A stretch of DNA of 64,000 nucleotides, taken from positions 359,051-423,050 of the forward strand of contig JAVYVJ010000002.1 in NCBI GenBank assembly GCA_038727705.1, in the 5' to 3' direction. The translations under genes were made by a program, and so were the position numbers. This DNA is from Zestosphaera sp. GTDB taxonomy: Archaea; Thermoproteota; Thermoprotei_A; Sulfolobales; NBVN01. Of this stretch, positions 38,125 through 48,280 are shown piece after piece (the first letter of the stretch is position 1; every line of letters begins with the position of its first letter). The notes beneath the pieces were generated by a model that was not told the origin of the DNA, searched no databases, and was given only the letters and a program-made list of their open reading frames with translations.

Positions 38125-38216
38125 CACATATTCCTTGACTGGAACGAAGGATGCATGAGTACGTAGCTAATCACTTAATAAGCGTCTGCGGAAAGTAGCT
38201 AGCTTAGGGAGTTGGG

Positions 38217-39269
38217 TTGTCAGTCAGGGTTGGCGTGGTCGGCGCCTCTGGGTATACCGGCGGTGAGCTACTCAGGTTGCTCGCAACTCATCCGGAGGTC
38301 GAGGTGACGTACGTAACATCCAGGGAGTACGCAGGTAAACCCGTGCACTACGCCCACTTCAACCTCAGGGGATACTATAGGGGGTTGAGGTTCAGCGAGT
38401 TTAAGGTCGATGATGTAGTGAGTAGGTGTGACGCGGTGTTCCTATCATTGCCTCATGGCGTCTCAGTGAGCTACGTGCCTGAGCTGGTTGAGGCGGGTCT
38501 GAAGGTAGTTGATTTGAGTGCGGACTTCAGGTTGAAGGAGCCCGAACTCTACGAGATGTGGTACGGCTTCAGACACCCGTACCCAGATCTTCTTAAGAGG
38601 GCTGTGTACGGTCTGCCCGAGTTGCACAGGGACGAGTTAAGGAACGCCGACCTAGTAGCGTCACCAGGATGTAACGCTACTGCCGTAATATTGTCATTGA
38701 TGCCCATTGCCAGGGCAGGTGTTGGAGATCTGAGTAGAGTCGTCGCCGATGTCAAGGTCGGTAGCAGTGAGGGTGGCTCCAGGTCTTCCCCTAGTTCGCA
38801 TCACCCTGAGAGAGAAGGTGCTGTAAGGCCTTATGATGCTGAGGGTCACAGGCACGTGGCTGAGGTCGAGCAGGAAATCGCTCGACTCGCGGGCTGTGGG
38901 GTCGGGATCTCCTTGGTGCCTCACTCAGTGAGTAGTGTTAGAGGGGTTTTGACATCCACACACGTGTGGCTCGGCAAGGACATTGATGACGTGGAGATCA
39001 TGAAGCTCTACATGCAGGCGTTCTCTAAAGAGCCCTTCGTCAGGTTCATTAGAACCGTGCCTCCCGGCTACCCGGACCCGAAGTACGTGGTAGGCAGCAA
39101 CTACGTGGACTTAAGCTACGCCGTGGAAAGGAGGTTGGGGAGACTGACCTCCTTCGCGGCTCTGGACAACCTGGTTAAAGGGGCTGCAGGTCAGGCGATA
39201 CAGGCGTTCAACGTAGTCATGGGTTTCGACGAGACTCTGGGACTCAGGCACCCACCACTCAAGCCTTAG
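38217..39269 (+). CDS. lysY: [LysW]-aminoadipyl-phosphate / N-acetyl-gamma-glutamyl-phosphate reductase (LysY/ArgC)
   Basis: VGVVGASGYTGGELLRLL NAD-binding N-terminus and the active-site ASPGCNAT. TTG start. 350 aa. Confidence 0.9.
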   Translation: MSVRVGVVGASGYTGGELLRLLATHPEVEVTYVTSREYAGKPVHYAHFNLRGYYRGLRFSEFKVDDVVSRCDAVFLSLPHGVSVSYVPELVEAGLKVVDLSADFRLKEPELYEMWYGFRHPYPDLLKRAVYGLPELHRDELRNADLVASPGCNATAVILSLMPIARAGVGDLSRVVADVKVGSSEGGSRSSPSSHHPEREGAVRPYDAEGHRHVAEVEQEIARLAGCGVGISLVPHSVSSVRGVLTSTHVWLGKDIDDVEIMKLYMQAFSKEPFVRFIRTVPPGYPDPKYVVGSNYVDLSYAVERRLGRLTSFAALDNLVKGAAGQAIQAFNVVMGFDETLGLRHPPLKP

Positions 39270-39278
39270 GTGATGTGC

Positions 39279-40079
39279 ATGGTGTACGTCGTTAAGGTTG
39301 GTGGTAAGGTGATTGACGGAAACCTGCACGGAGTTCTAGAGAGTGTCAGCAGGGAAGCCAGGCACAGTCAGATAGTGTTGGTTCACGGAGGCGGCAACGT
39401 GGTCACCGAGTACTGCAGGAGGGTCGGCGTAGAGCCCAAGTTTGTGGTGTCGCCTGAGGGCATCAGGAGCCGGTACACTGATAAGGACGAACTCGAGGTC
39501 TTCATAATGGTGATGGCTGGCAAGCTTAACAAGGAGATGGTCTCTGGTCTCATAGCAAGAGGGGTCAAGGCTGTGGGCACATCAGGCGTCGATGGGCCAA
39601 CACTGATCGCGGAGAGGAAGAAGAGGATCGTGGTCGTGGACGAGAGAGGCAGGAAGAGGGTTATAGACGGTGGGTACACAGGAAGTATAATAGGTGTCAA
39701 CACGAAGTTCATAGAGTGGCTACTCAGTAGCGGCTACACGATCGTCATGACTCCCGTAGCAATCGATGGTGAGGGCAACATGCTGAACGTCGATGCCGAT
39801 CAGGTAGCTTGCAAGGTGGCCACATCCATTAAGGCGGACAAGTTGATGATACTGACTGACGTGCCCGGCGTTCTCTTAGGCGATGAGGTGATAGGGAACG
39901 TGAAGGTCAGTGAGATTGAGGACATACTACCTAAGGTAGGTGCTGGCATGAACAGGAAGTTGATGGAGGCTGTTAACGCGCTGGCGGGTGGTGTTAAGGA
40001 GGTAGTAATATCTTCAGGATTGGCGGAGGACCCGCTCAAGCGCGCGCTAGACGGTAAGGGAACGGTGTTAACTCCTTGA
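39279..40079 (+). CDS. lysZ: [LysW]-aminoadipate / acetylglutamate kinase (LysZ/ArgB, amino-acid kinase family)
   Basis: MVYVVKVGGKV...VLVHGGG...NVDADQVA pattern of the AAK family. The ORF is open from 39270 (GTG/ATG alternatives at 39270 and 39273). Confidence 0.9.
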   Translation: MVYVVKVGGKVIDGNLHGVLESVSREARHSQIVLVHGGGNVVTEYCRRVGVEPKFVVSPEGIRSRYTDKDELEVFIMVMAGKLNKEMVSGLIARGVKAVGTSGVDGPTLIAERKKRIVVVDERGRKRVIDGGYTGSIIGVNTKFIEWLLSSGYTIVMTPVAIDGEGNMLNVDADQVACKVATSIKADKLMILTDVPGVLLGDEVIGNVKVSEIEDILPKVGAGMNRKLMEAVNALAGGVKEVVISSGLAEDPLKRALDGKGTVLTP

Positions 40080-40504
40080 GGTCAGTTTTCCTGGATGAGA
40101 CGGATCTGAAGATACTCAGCGTACTCAGGATGAACTCCAGAACATCGTATGCAGAGATGGCTAAGGAGCTGGGGCTGAGTGAGTCGGCAATACGTAAGAG
40201 GATCAGGAGACTGACTAGACTTGGAGTCATAAGGAGGTTCACCATAGACTACAGCATATCCAGTGAGGTTAGGGCGTTAATTCTTGTTAAGACGCAACCG
40301 CCAACGCCGGTGCCGGAGGTCGCTAGGAACTTAATGAAAGTCACATGTACGGATAGGGTTTACGAGGTGACTGGCGAATACGACATAGTGGTCGCGAGCA
40401 TAACCACGGACATCCCAAGCCTGAATAAGTGCATAGACGAAATCAGGTCAGCTAAGGGAGTGACCTCAACTAATTCTATGGTGGTTCTGAAGATGTGGCC
40501 GTAA
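40076..40504 (+). CDS. Lrp/AsnC-family transcriptional regulator (LysM-like by position)
   Basis: LDETDLKILSVLRMNSRTSYAEMAKELGLSESAIRKRIRRL HTH plus a C-terminal RAM domain. Overlaps the lysZ stop by 4 nt. Confidence 0.8.
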   Translation: MRSVFLDETDLKILSVLRMNSRTSYAEMAKELGLSESAIRKRIRRLTRLGVIRRFTIDYSISSEVRALILVKTQPPTPVPEVARNLMKVTCTDRVYEVTGEYDIVVASITTDIPSLNKCIDEIRSAKGVTSTNSMVVLKMWP

Positions 40505-40719
40505 CAATTTTTTGAGGTCAAATACGTTCGGAAGGGCTTAAGGTATGGCAACCGTTTCCATGTTTCAACTCAATGTCTGGCAACTGTTCTCAGGATGATG
40601 ATAGCGGATTCATAAAAAAATCCAAGCTACACATCTAACAGCGTTTTGGACGTGCGCCCGCACGGTCTGGATTGATGGTTAATCTGAAAGAGGGGATTGT
40701 GGGTATAAATTAGGCTGGG

Positions 40720-42450
40720 GTGCTGTATTGTACTTGGGGTTTCGTCTTGAATGGAGCTAAAGCACTCCTGGAGATGCTCAGAGGGTATGACGTTAAGCAC
40801 GTCTTCGGCCTTCCAGGTGAGACCACTCTCCCGCTTTATGCTGAGTGGGTGAAGTTCCCTGAGATCAAACACGTTATGTTCAGGGATGAGAGGAACGCGT
40901 GCTTCGCGGCAGACGGCTATGCCAGAGCGTCCTACAAGCCGGGTGTGTGTGAAGCACCGAGCGTTGGTGCAACCCACGTCATACCGGCGGTGGTCGAGGC
41001 GTATAAGTCATCACTACCGATGATTTTCATAACTACCGACACTCCCCTCTACTTGGAGAAGAGGAACGTGCTAACAGGCTTCGACCAGACATCCCTGTTC
41101 AGCGGTCTTACTAAGGAATCGCTGACGGTCCTGAGGGCTCAGGACATCCCCTTCATGGTCAGGAGGGCCTTCAGGGTCGCCACGACAGGGAAGCCAGGAC
41201 CCGTCCACCTCAGAGTCCCGCTGAACGTTCTTGAGGAGGGGGCGGATTCCCCCGACCTTTACGTCCAGAGGGAATTCTCTAGATATCCTGGCCACAGATA
41301 CACTGCCGGGGAAGACATCATAGCTAGGGCCGTTGACCTGCTCCTCACTGCCGAACGTCCTGTGATCGTGTGCGGTCAGGGAGCTCTTTACTCCCAAGCA
41401 TGGGATGAGTTAGTCGAGCTGGCGGAGATGCTCGATATCCCGGTCGGCAGTACCATGACAGGCAAGGGTTGCTTCCCTGAAAACCACCCGCTCTCCATAG
41501 GGGTTGTAGGCGCTAGAGGAGGGACTAGTTTCTCCAACGAAGTGTTGAGAAGAGCTGACGTCGTCTTCTATGTCGGGTGCAATACTGACCAGGCAGTAAC
41601 AGATGCCTGGACTCTACCGCCTTCGGAAGCTAAGATAATACACCTGGACATAAGTGAGGCTGAAGTTGGTAACACGCTGCGAACTGCAGTAATGCTGGTG
41701 GGCGACGCTAAGAGCACCCTAGGGAAAATGATTGAGGTGCTAAGGGTTAAGAATCTCAAAAAGGGTCCTGAGAGAGTTAAGGAAATAGAGGATGGGAGGA
41801 GATCCTACGAGGAGAAATTACGCACGTACACCCTGCATTCCGAGTACCCTATAAACCCGGTAGCGTTCGTGAAGATCTTAGAACAAGTCCTGGCCGGAGA
41901 TTACATCATAGTCTGCGACCCTGGAGTGAGTGCAATATATACAGCAGCGTTCTTCAAGGTTAAGAGCGCGGGCAGGAGGATGATCTTTAACTACTCCATG
42001 GGGGCTCTCGGTTACGCCCTACCAGCGTCTGTCGGGGCGGCCTTCGCCAAACCTGATGCGACGGTAATTGCGTTGATCGGTGACGGAAGCTTCGGCTTCA
42101 CCGCGGGCGAATTGGAGACCCTGTCTAGGCTGGGCGTTAACGTCAAGGTAGTCATCTTCAACAATCAGAGCTTCGGATGGATAAGAGCTTCCATACTTTT
42201 CCGATACGGCCCTAAGTACTTCGCGACGGAGTTCAAGCCTGTTGACTATGTAAAGATAGCTGAGGGGTTTGGGCTCAACGCCCTCCGAGTGGAGGGACCT
42301 GAAGAGGTGGAGGCTAAGCTTAGGGAGTTAATGAAGGTTGAGGGACCTGCGTTAATGGATCTACCGGTCCTACCGGAGGATAAGTTAGTGCCGCCGGTAT
42401 CTAGCTGGGCGTCTAAAGCCGAGAAGCAGGGGATAAGATGCATTTACTGA
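40720..42450 (+). CDS. thiamine-diphosphate-dependent enzyme (acetolactate synthase large-subunit-like family)
   Basis: N-terminal Pyr domain (VFGLPGETTL, FRDERNACFAADGYAR), central domain, and the C-terminal TPP motif GDGSFGF...NN. The true start is probably downstream of 40720 (near the NGAKALLEML segment). Confidence 0.85.
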   Translation: MLYCTWGFVLNGAKALLEMLRGYDVKHVFGLPGETTLPLYAEWVKFPEIKHVMFRDERNACFAADGYARASYKPGVCEAPSVGATHVIPAVVEAYKSSLPMIFITTDTPLYLEKRNVLTGFDQTSLFSGLTKESLTVLRAQDIPFMVRRAFRVATTGKPGPVHLRVPLNVLEEGADSPDLYVQREFSRYPGHRYTAGEDIIARAVDLLLTAERPVIVCGQGALYSQAWDELVELAEMLDIPVGSTMTGKGCFPENHPLSIGVVGARGGTSFSNEVLRRADVVFYVGCNTDQAVTDAWTLPPSEAKIIHLDISEAEVGNTLRTAVMLVGDAKSTLGKMIEVLRVKNLKKGPERVKEIEDGRRSYEEKLRTYTLHSEYPINPVAFVKILEQVLAGDYIIVCDPGVSAIYTAAFFKVKSAGRRMIFNYSMGALGYALPASVGAAFAKPDATVIALIGDGSFGFTAGELETLSRLGVNVKVVIFNNQSFGWIRASILFRYGPKYFATEFKPVDYVKIAEGFGLNALRVEGPEEVEAKLRELMKVEGPALMDLPVLPEDKLVPPVSSWASKAEKQGIRCIY

Positions 42451-42700
42451 ATCCACCATCCTCATCACAAGCATGAATAAGCTCTTCAACGCGTCGGTCA
42501 CTATGAAACGTTGAGGACTCTACTGCGAACGCGTAACAACCACTTTTATCTCCAACCCTTAATCCCAGCTGCTTGCCTGTTTTGACGTTATTATCGTAGC
42601 AAACGATGTTGATGTGGTTTGGTGCGTGTGTTTCGTCATACCCCCTGATAGTGCATACGGGGGCATTGTTTACGACGACCCTATCGTTAACCAGGATCAC
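42413..42700 (-). CDS. hypothetical ORF (downstream member of the pair)
   Basis: 95-aa ORF. Its 3' end overlaps the convergent TPP-enzyme gene by 38 nt. No family recognised. Confidence 0.3.
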   Translation of the reverse strand: MILVNDRVVVNNAPVCTIRGYDETHAPNHINIVCYDNNVKTGKQLGLRVGDKSGCYAFAVESSTFHSDRRVEELIHACDEDGGFSKCILSPASRL

Positions 42701-42978
42701 ACCCCCCTAGTCACCTCAAAGAAGCAAAGATATGCGGCACCCCTAGCCGTACCACCAGGTCTTGCAGAAGGGTCTGCTGTAAGGATTAACTCATGGATTT
42801 CATACTTCCTCAATGCCCGCGAATGTGGAGCTATGAGGTTCAACGACCTCTCAGGCAATACGAGATCCATAACAGCGACGACCCTGCCTGCAATAGATCC
42901 TTTATCCGCGAAAGTTACGTCAGTGCTGATCTTGAACGAGGAATATGGATCCAAGCCCTGGCTACCCTTCAATCCCAA
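42697..42978 (-). CDS. hypothetical ORF (upstream member of an ATGA-coupled pair; possibly a split gene)
   Basis: 93-aa ORF whose TGA overlaps the ATG of the next ORF. No family recognised. Lies in a region that looks decayed. Confidence 0.3.
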   Translation of the reverse strand: MGLKGSQGLDPYSSFKISTDVTFADKGSIAGRVVAVMDLVLPERSLNLIAPHSRALRKYEIHELILTADPSARPGGTARGAAYLCFFEVTRGV

Positions 42979-43086
42979 TGCACCGCAGTTAAGGTACTGT
43001 CCACGTTTATAAAATCTCGGTTATCACGTACATGTCGTAATGTCGAAGTAATTCCATCCTAGGGTTCACCCGCGTGCAGGGCAGCT

Positions 43087-43735
43087 ATGGCCACTCAAGT
43101 GGCATACGCTGAGGGGGTCAGCAGATCCAAACGACGCGAGGAGTACGGAACCGGGTCGGTGGAAGCTCTAGCATACACTCATGCTACGATAGGGGTTACC
43201 TCCCGGAGCGTTAATACCCATGCTGACGTTCGGGATGCCTGGGGATTCAGTAACTGCGGTGATACTGGGGGCATTCCTAATACACGGGCTCATCCCAGGC
43301 CCCACGCTGTTCTCTGAGCAGATGCATATGGTGTTACCTATGCTTGCCGCATTCCCGATAGCTTTCATCCTCTGCTACATAACCACGCCGATCTTCGGCC
43401 CCTTCGTCGGCAAGGTAATAGGGGTGAGGAAGGCTTTCCTATATCCATTCATCATGTTGGTATCGTTAACCGGTTTGTGGGTAATGACATACTCACCCAC
43501 GCAACTGACGTTATGCGTTGTTTTAGAGGTAGTAGCATACCTGATTGAGAGGGGGCGCCTCCACAATATCGTTCTTCATGGGATACATGCTAGTGCCTCA
43601 GTTTGAACATCTATTCAGAATAGCTTGGATGGTCAGTAGAGCGGAGATCTTCATAAAAAGTCCTTATCAGCGCTGTTTATACTGCTCACACTTGTGTACA
43701 CAGTATACGTGATACGCAAGTCAAAGAGCGGGTAT
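43087..43735 (+). pseudogene. 5'-truncated, multiply frameshifted remnant of a TctA-family tripartite tricarboxylate transporter permease
   Basis: Four successive frames read: AYAEGVSRSKRREEYGTGSVEAL; then LTFGMPGDSVTAVILGAFLIHGLIPGPTLFSEQ...; then ISFFMGYMLVPQFEHLFRIAWMVSRAEIFIKSP; then ISAVYTAHT. Together these follow the conserved C-terminal half of TctA (FG-G-EG, LGIPGS-TAV-LGA-L-HG-PGP-LF, LGP-E-R-L-S-G-F-PIS). The N-terminal half is absent. Confidence 0.6.
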
Positions 43736-43923
43736 TAAACCTACACACGTGCTGAAGCCGCGATCCCCCCATCAATGCCGCCGCAATTGAGGAGGGTTTA
43801 AGGGCCTCCATGAACGCAGGAGCTACATAGCTTCAGAACCCCTTACGAAGCGCTCTGTCGATACCTCACTATTAGCGTGAGGGGGATTTTAAAAGAGAAC
43901 CTAGCGGAATTCGTGAAGGATAT

Positions 43924-44967
43924 CTATAATAAAAATTCTTGACACTCTCGCAGGTCAGGGCGCTTGCCCAGAACCTCAGGGTTGGCTATGTTTACAGGCC
44001 TGCAGCCCATCAACACCCTCACGACGTCCTTATGCGCGGTCACGGTCTCCCTTTCGTAGGCTTCGTAAGTGCATGATGCGAAGTGAGGGGTAGCTATGAC
44101 ATTACTCAATTGCAGCAAGGGGTGGTCTTTAGGGAGGGGTTCTTTTTCGAACACGTCTAGCGCGGCACCGGCTATCCACCCCTCCTTCAAAGCCCTCACT
44201 AGGGCCTGCTCGTCAACTATGGCTCCTCGGGCCGTGTTAATAAGGTACGCTGTCGGCTTCATAAGCCTCAGCTCCCTCTCCCCCATCATGTGGTAGGTCA
44301 CGGGCGAGAGTGCCGCGTGTATAGTAACTATATCCGATTCCCTGAGGAGCTCGTCCAGACTACCGACCATCACTATGTGAATGCCTCCGAGGGCCTCGCG
44401 CTGGACGTATGGGTCATAGCCTATTAACCTAACCCCGAACGACTGGAGTATCCTAGCGACCCTCCTCCCTATAGCGCCTAGTCCCACCACTCCAACGACT
44501 TTCTCCTTGAGCTCGCGGGTGAAGTTGCTTTTCTCTATAAGGAGTTCGCTCCTCCACAGGCCTTGCCTTAATGCCTGGTTTAGGAAGCATATCTTCTTAA
44601 GCACGCACAATATTAAACTGACTGTGAACTCCGCAACGCTGTCGGAGTTGGCTTCAGGCGAATACACGACCGGTATGCCTCTCTCAGTGGCTGCCTCAAG
44701 ATCGACGTTGTCTGGCCCCGGCTTAGAGCCGTACTTAGCTATGACCTTAAGCCTCGGGCTACTGTAGATGACTCGACGGGATACCTTATGTTGAGAGGTT
44801 ATTATGACGGCGTCGAAGTCCTTAAGCACTTCAGCCAGCGCCTCCTCATCATATCTGACCCCATGTTTCCCCACGATAACCTCGGCCACCTCCTCGAGGA
44901 TCCTGTGTGATTCGGGCCACTCAGGCTCGGGTATGAATACCCTGAAGCTCTTTATGCAAACCACCAC
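43924..44967 (-). CDS. D-isomer-specific 2-hydroxyacid dehydrogenase (glyoxylate/hydroxypyruvate reductase-like)
   Basis: NAD fold GVVGLGAIGRRVARIL, catalytic-region LINTARG...D and PHFAS (His) motifs. 347 aa. Confidence 0.9.
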   Translation of the reverse strand: MVVCIKSFRVFIPEPEWPESHRILEEVAEVIVGKHGVRYDEEALAEVLKDFDAVIITSQHKVSRRVIYSSPRLKVIAKYGSKPGPDNVDLEAATERGIPVVYSPEANSDSVAEFTVSLILCVLKKICFLNQALRQGLWRSELLIEKSNFTRELKEKVVGVVGLGAIGRRVARILQSFGVRLIGYDPYVQREALGGIHIVMVGSLDELLRESDIVTIHAALSPVTYHMMGERELRLMKPTAYLINTARGAIVDEQALVRALKEGWIAGAALDVFEKEPLPKDHPLLQLSNVIATPHFASCTYEAYERETVTAHKDVVRVLMGCRPVNIANPEVLGKRPDLRECQEFLL

Positions 44968-45021
44968 TAGTTTCGCAAGACCCGGCGTTAAAAAGCTTTA
45001 CCTGCGAGAAACGGGTGGGGT

Positions 45022-46251
45022 TCAGCTCAGCCTCTTCCTAACAACCCTTCCTAAAGCCTCCACCCCACCTTCTATGTCCTCAACCGGCGGGTAGCTGAAA
45101 TTCAGCCTCATAGTATTCGAACCCTCCTCATCCACGAAGAACTGCCGTCCCGGAATGTAGTACACACCCGCTTGGAAGGCCTCCGGAAGCATCTCCTCCG
45201 TATCCACGCTTTCGGGAAGCCATATCATTATGAAGAGCCCGCCGACCGGCCTCACCCACCTGCCCTCAGGCACGTGCTTCTCAAGCGCCTGCAACATGAG
45301 GTCCCTCTTAACCTTGTAGAGGCTCCTAGCCTTACTTATGACCTCAGCAACTATCCCCCTCTCAATGGCTATTCTCGATATGTACTGACTCAGCGAGGGT
45401 GTCTGAATGTCTATGAGTGCTTTCACACGCTCTAAGTGATTCACCAGCTCCTTCTTAGCTAGTATCCAGCCCACCCGCAGAGCCGGTGCAAGTATCTTGC
45501 TCATCGTGCTCAGGTAGATCACGCGGCCCTCCCGATCCAGCGTTTTAAGGGGGGTTACGTCCGCCTCCTCGTAGGTGAAGTATGAGTACGGGTCGTCCTC
45601 AACTATCAGGAAATCGTGCTCGCTAGCTAGCTCAATCAGATGCTTCTTCCTGTCAGCACTCATGGTGGCTCCAGTCGGGTTGTGGGCGACTGGAACCACA
45701 TACACGAACTTAATTCTAGAGCCCGCTGACTTAAGTTCCTTAAGCCTACCCTCAAGAGCATCCACATCCATACCGTTCTCGTCCACCGGCACCCCAATCA
45801 TCCTCGGGTTCGCCGTCCTGAAAGCATTTATCGCCGAGAGGTATGTGGGGTTCTCAACGGCAATGTAGTCCCCGGGGTTGATGAGCAACACCGAGACCAA
45901 GTACAGCGCTTGCTGCGAGCCCGTCGTCACTATGACCTCGTCATCTCCATCAACCCTGACGCCCCTATCCCTCATGAAGTTCTTCAGGACTTCGACAAAC
46001 GTCCTATCACCCCTAGTTGAGCCGTAGAGCAACACCCTATCCCTATACTGAAGCATCACCTCCTTAGCTATCTCGCCCAACACCTCGTAAGGGTATATCT
46101 CAGGCCCCGGGTTACCGACAGCGAAGCGCACAACCTTCGCCGGCCTAACTCCCTCAAGCCTCCTGGCCGCCTCCCTGGTCGCGAGAGGTCTATAGTGCCC
46201 TGCCCTATCGCTTAGGAACCTCTCATACGACATTTTAATCACTAATATCAA
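45022..46251 (-). CDS. PLP-dependent aminotransferase, class I/II (LysN / 2-aminoadipate-aminotransferase-like)
   Basis: NPTGATM, LIVEDDPY, STMSKILAPALRVGW (PLP-Lys). The likely real start is MSYERF at 46233. Confidence 0.85.
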   Translation of the reverse strand: MILVIKMSYERFLSDRAGHYRPLATREAARRLEGVRPAKVVRFAVGNPGPEIYPYEVLGEIAKEVMLQYRDRVLLYGSTRGDRTFVEVLKNFMRDRGVRVDGDDEVIVTTGSQQALYLVSVLLINPGDYIAVENPTYLSAINAFRTANPRMIGVPVDENGMDVDALEGRLKELKSAGSRIKFVYVVPVAHNPTGATMSADRKKHLIELASEHDFLIVEDDPYSYFTYEEADVTPLKTLDREGRVIYLSTMSKILAPALRVGWILAKKELVNHLERVKALIDIQTPSLSQYISRIAIERGIVAEVISKARSLYKVKRDLMLQALEKHVPEGRWVRPVGGLFIMIWLPESVDTEEMLPEAFQAGVYYIPGRQFFVDEEGSNTMRLNFSYPPVEDIEGGVEALGRVVRKRLS

Positions 46252-46297
46252 GACCTTGCGTAGGACTTAAAAATACAGGTCATAGTTTTATGGAACT

Positions 46298-48247
46298 TCA
46301 GGCCTGCCGCGCGGCCTTCATGACCTTCCAAGCCCTCAGGAAGGCATATACCACTAAGGGCAGCGTTAAGACTAACCCCAATATCTCGTAGAGCCCTCGA
46401 GTGAATAACAACAGCGCCGAACTAACCACCAACAACGCCTTAAGAGCCACGTCTAAGATCTTTCTATGATGCAACGCCCAGTACGCGACCACCTCTATAC
46501 CTATTATACCCAACGCCAGCTCAGCCCCCGTGAGAATCTGCTCTACCCCCGGGGCCAGCACCAGCTCCGGCTTGAGAGGGGTCACGGCGATTATCAGCGG
46601 CAATCCTATGCCCATCTTGACCAGCTCCTTCAGGACGGACGTGAACGAGACCTTAGCTATCCTTGATATTGTGGCCGCAGCCACGGACATAGGCGGCGCG
46701 AACTCTGCGTGGACGCCTATGAAGAAGGCCGTGAACTGCGCTGCCCAGGGCCTGATCCCCAACCTCATTAAAGCCGGGACGACCACAGGGTATACTATGA
46801 CGTAAGTACCCAGGGGCGGGACTCCCATCCCGACTATGTATCCGAACGCGTACGACAGCAAGATCACTAGGTAGAGGTTTCCAGCACCTAAGCTGACTAT
46901 CGCCGACCCCATCTTAAGGGAGAGCCCCGTAACGGTGAATAGGGCTTTGAGTATGCCTAAGAGCGCCAGCAGGAGGGTTAGGTTAGCCGTCTCGATGGAG
47001 AAGAACTCCAGAGCCTTAACAGTCTTCACACCTATATCCTTGATAACCTCCAGAGCCTTAAGCCTCCTACGGAAACCCACGAAGAGGTTTACAAAGATAA
47101 CCGCCGCCAACACCACGCCCGCCGACCTTATCGCAGCGAGTGGTGCGTAGACCCAGGAAGCCATAAGCACTATGAGGACTAATATCCCGCTCGCGAAGAG
47201 AAGTACGTAAACGTAGTCCAGTAACGATAACCTCGAGCGGGTTGCCGTTGAACCGCCTTCAACACTGTCCGCCCTAACACTCTTCAACGATATGAAGTAA
47301 ATAGCCGCAGCAAGGCCTGCGAAGAAGACCAGCGCGGGAACGAATCCCCTAATCATTACCTCGAAGTAGGGGACGCCGAGCGCGTCCGCCATGACGAACG
47401 CGGCAGCCCCCATCACTGGAGGCATCAGTTGAGCCCCTATTCCAGCTGCGGCGGCCATGGCGGAGGCCATGGCCAGCGGGACGCCTAAAGTCTTAACTAT
47501 GGGTACTGTGAGACTCCCGACCGTGGCGGTCGCAGCGCCTGCACTTCCGGTAACCATCCCTACCGGAACCCCCACTAGTATGTTGGTTTGAGGTATGAGT
47601 TTAGGCGACCTAAGCTTCGAGAGGACAACTCTGTTGGTAGCCTCAACCAGGCCGAACCCGCTCAGTATGCCCACGAAGAGCATGAAAGCACTTATGACAG
47701 TCGTCGCGATTTGGGAGAGGCTCTCGAATACCCCTGTCGAGAAGTCGACACTCACCGCGGCTATGAGTCTTGAGTAGCTGAGTCCCGGATGGTTAAGTAT
47801 TCCGGGGAAGTAACGGCCGTAGAGCACGTTCAATAGGAAGAACATGGTTATCGCGAATATAATCGGGTATTTAACGGCCCCGAACCACAGTATCACCACA
47901 GCTATCAACGCCCCCATAATGAGGTCTGTCTGGGTGTAGAACCCCATCCTAACGCTAACTAAGTCCCAGAAGTTCTCGTTTATGTAGTAGCCAGATAGTA
48001 GTGACAGCGCTATGAATACGATGCCGACAAGCGCGTTAGCATATAGATTCCTGACCTTCGGTATAAGGGGGTCCCTCCTGTAGAGAGACTCAATAACCCA
48101 CACCACCACGGAGACTGGGACCATGATCACAACAAACTTTCTGGCACCCTCCCAGCCTGTGGTGAAGTAGTACAGGATTAGCACCGCATATATTATAATC
48201 AGCGCTAGCCGTGCGTACCTTAAGGCCCTCCCCAACAAGTTCTTCAA
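46298..48247 (-). CDS. TRAP transporter fused permease (TAXI-associated 4TM/12TM fusion)
   Basis: 649 aa with about 18 TM. Located directly downstream of a TAXI-type receptor gene. Confidence 0.8.
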   Translation of the reverse strand: MKNLLGRALRYARLALIIIYAVLILYYFTTGWEGARKFVVIMVPVSVVVWVIESLYRRDPLIPKVRNLYANALVGIVFIALSLLSGYYINENFWDLVSVRMGFYTQTDLIMGALIAVVILWFGAVKYPIIFAITMFFLLNVLYGRYFPGILNHPGLSYSRLIAAVSVDFSTGVFESLSQIATTVISAFMLFVGILSGFGLVEATNRVVLSKLRSPKLIPQTNILVGVPVGMVTGSAGAATATVGSLTVPIVKTLGVPLAMASAMAAAAGIGAQLMPPVMGAAAFVMADALGVPYFEVMIRGFVPALVFFAGLAAAIYFISLKSVRADSVEGGSTATRSRLSLLDYVYVLLFASGILVLIVLMASWVYAPLAAIRSAGVVLAAVIFVNLFVGFRRRLKALEVIKDIGVKTVKALEFFSIETANLTLLLALLGILKALFTVTGLSLKMGSAIVSLGAGNLYLVILLSYAFGYIVGMGVPPLGTYVIVYPVVVPALMRLGIRPWAAQFTAFFIGVHAEFAPPMSVAAATISRIAKVSFTSVLKELVKMGIGLPLIIAVTPLKPELVLAPGVEQILTGAELALGIIGIEVVAYWALHHRKILDVALKALLVVSSALLLFTRGLYEILGLVLTLPLVVYAFLRAWKVMKAARQA

Positions 48248-48280
48248 AACACATCACCTAATAGGGTTTGGAGCGAAAAA

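Noticed and set aside
37992-38174. N-terminal 60-residue extension of the LysW ORF (115-aa track call)
   Set aside because: LysW carriers are about 54 aa. The extension has no homologous logic, contains the divergent promoter palindromes, and the MAKCPVCGG start fits the family.
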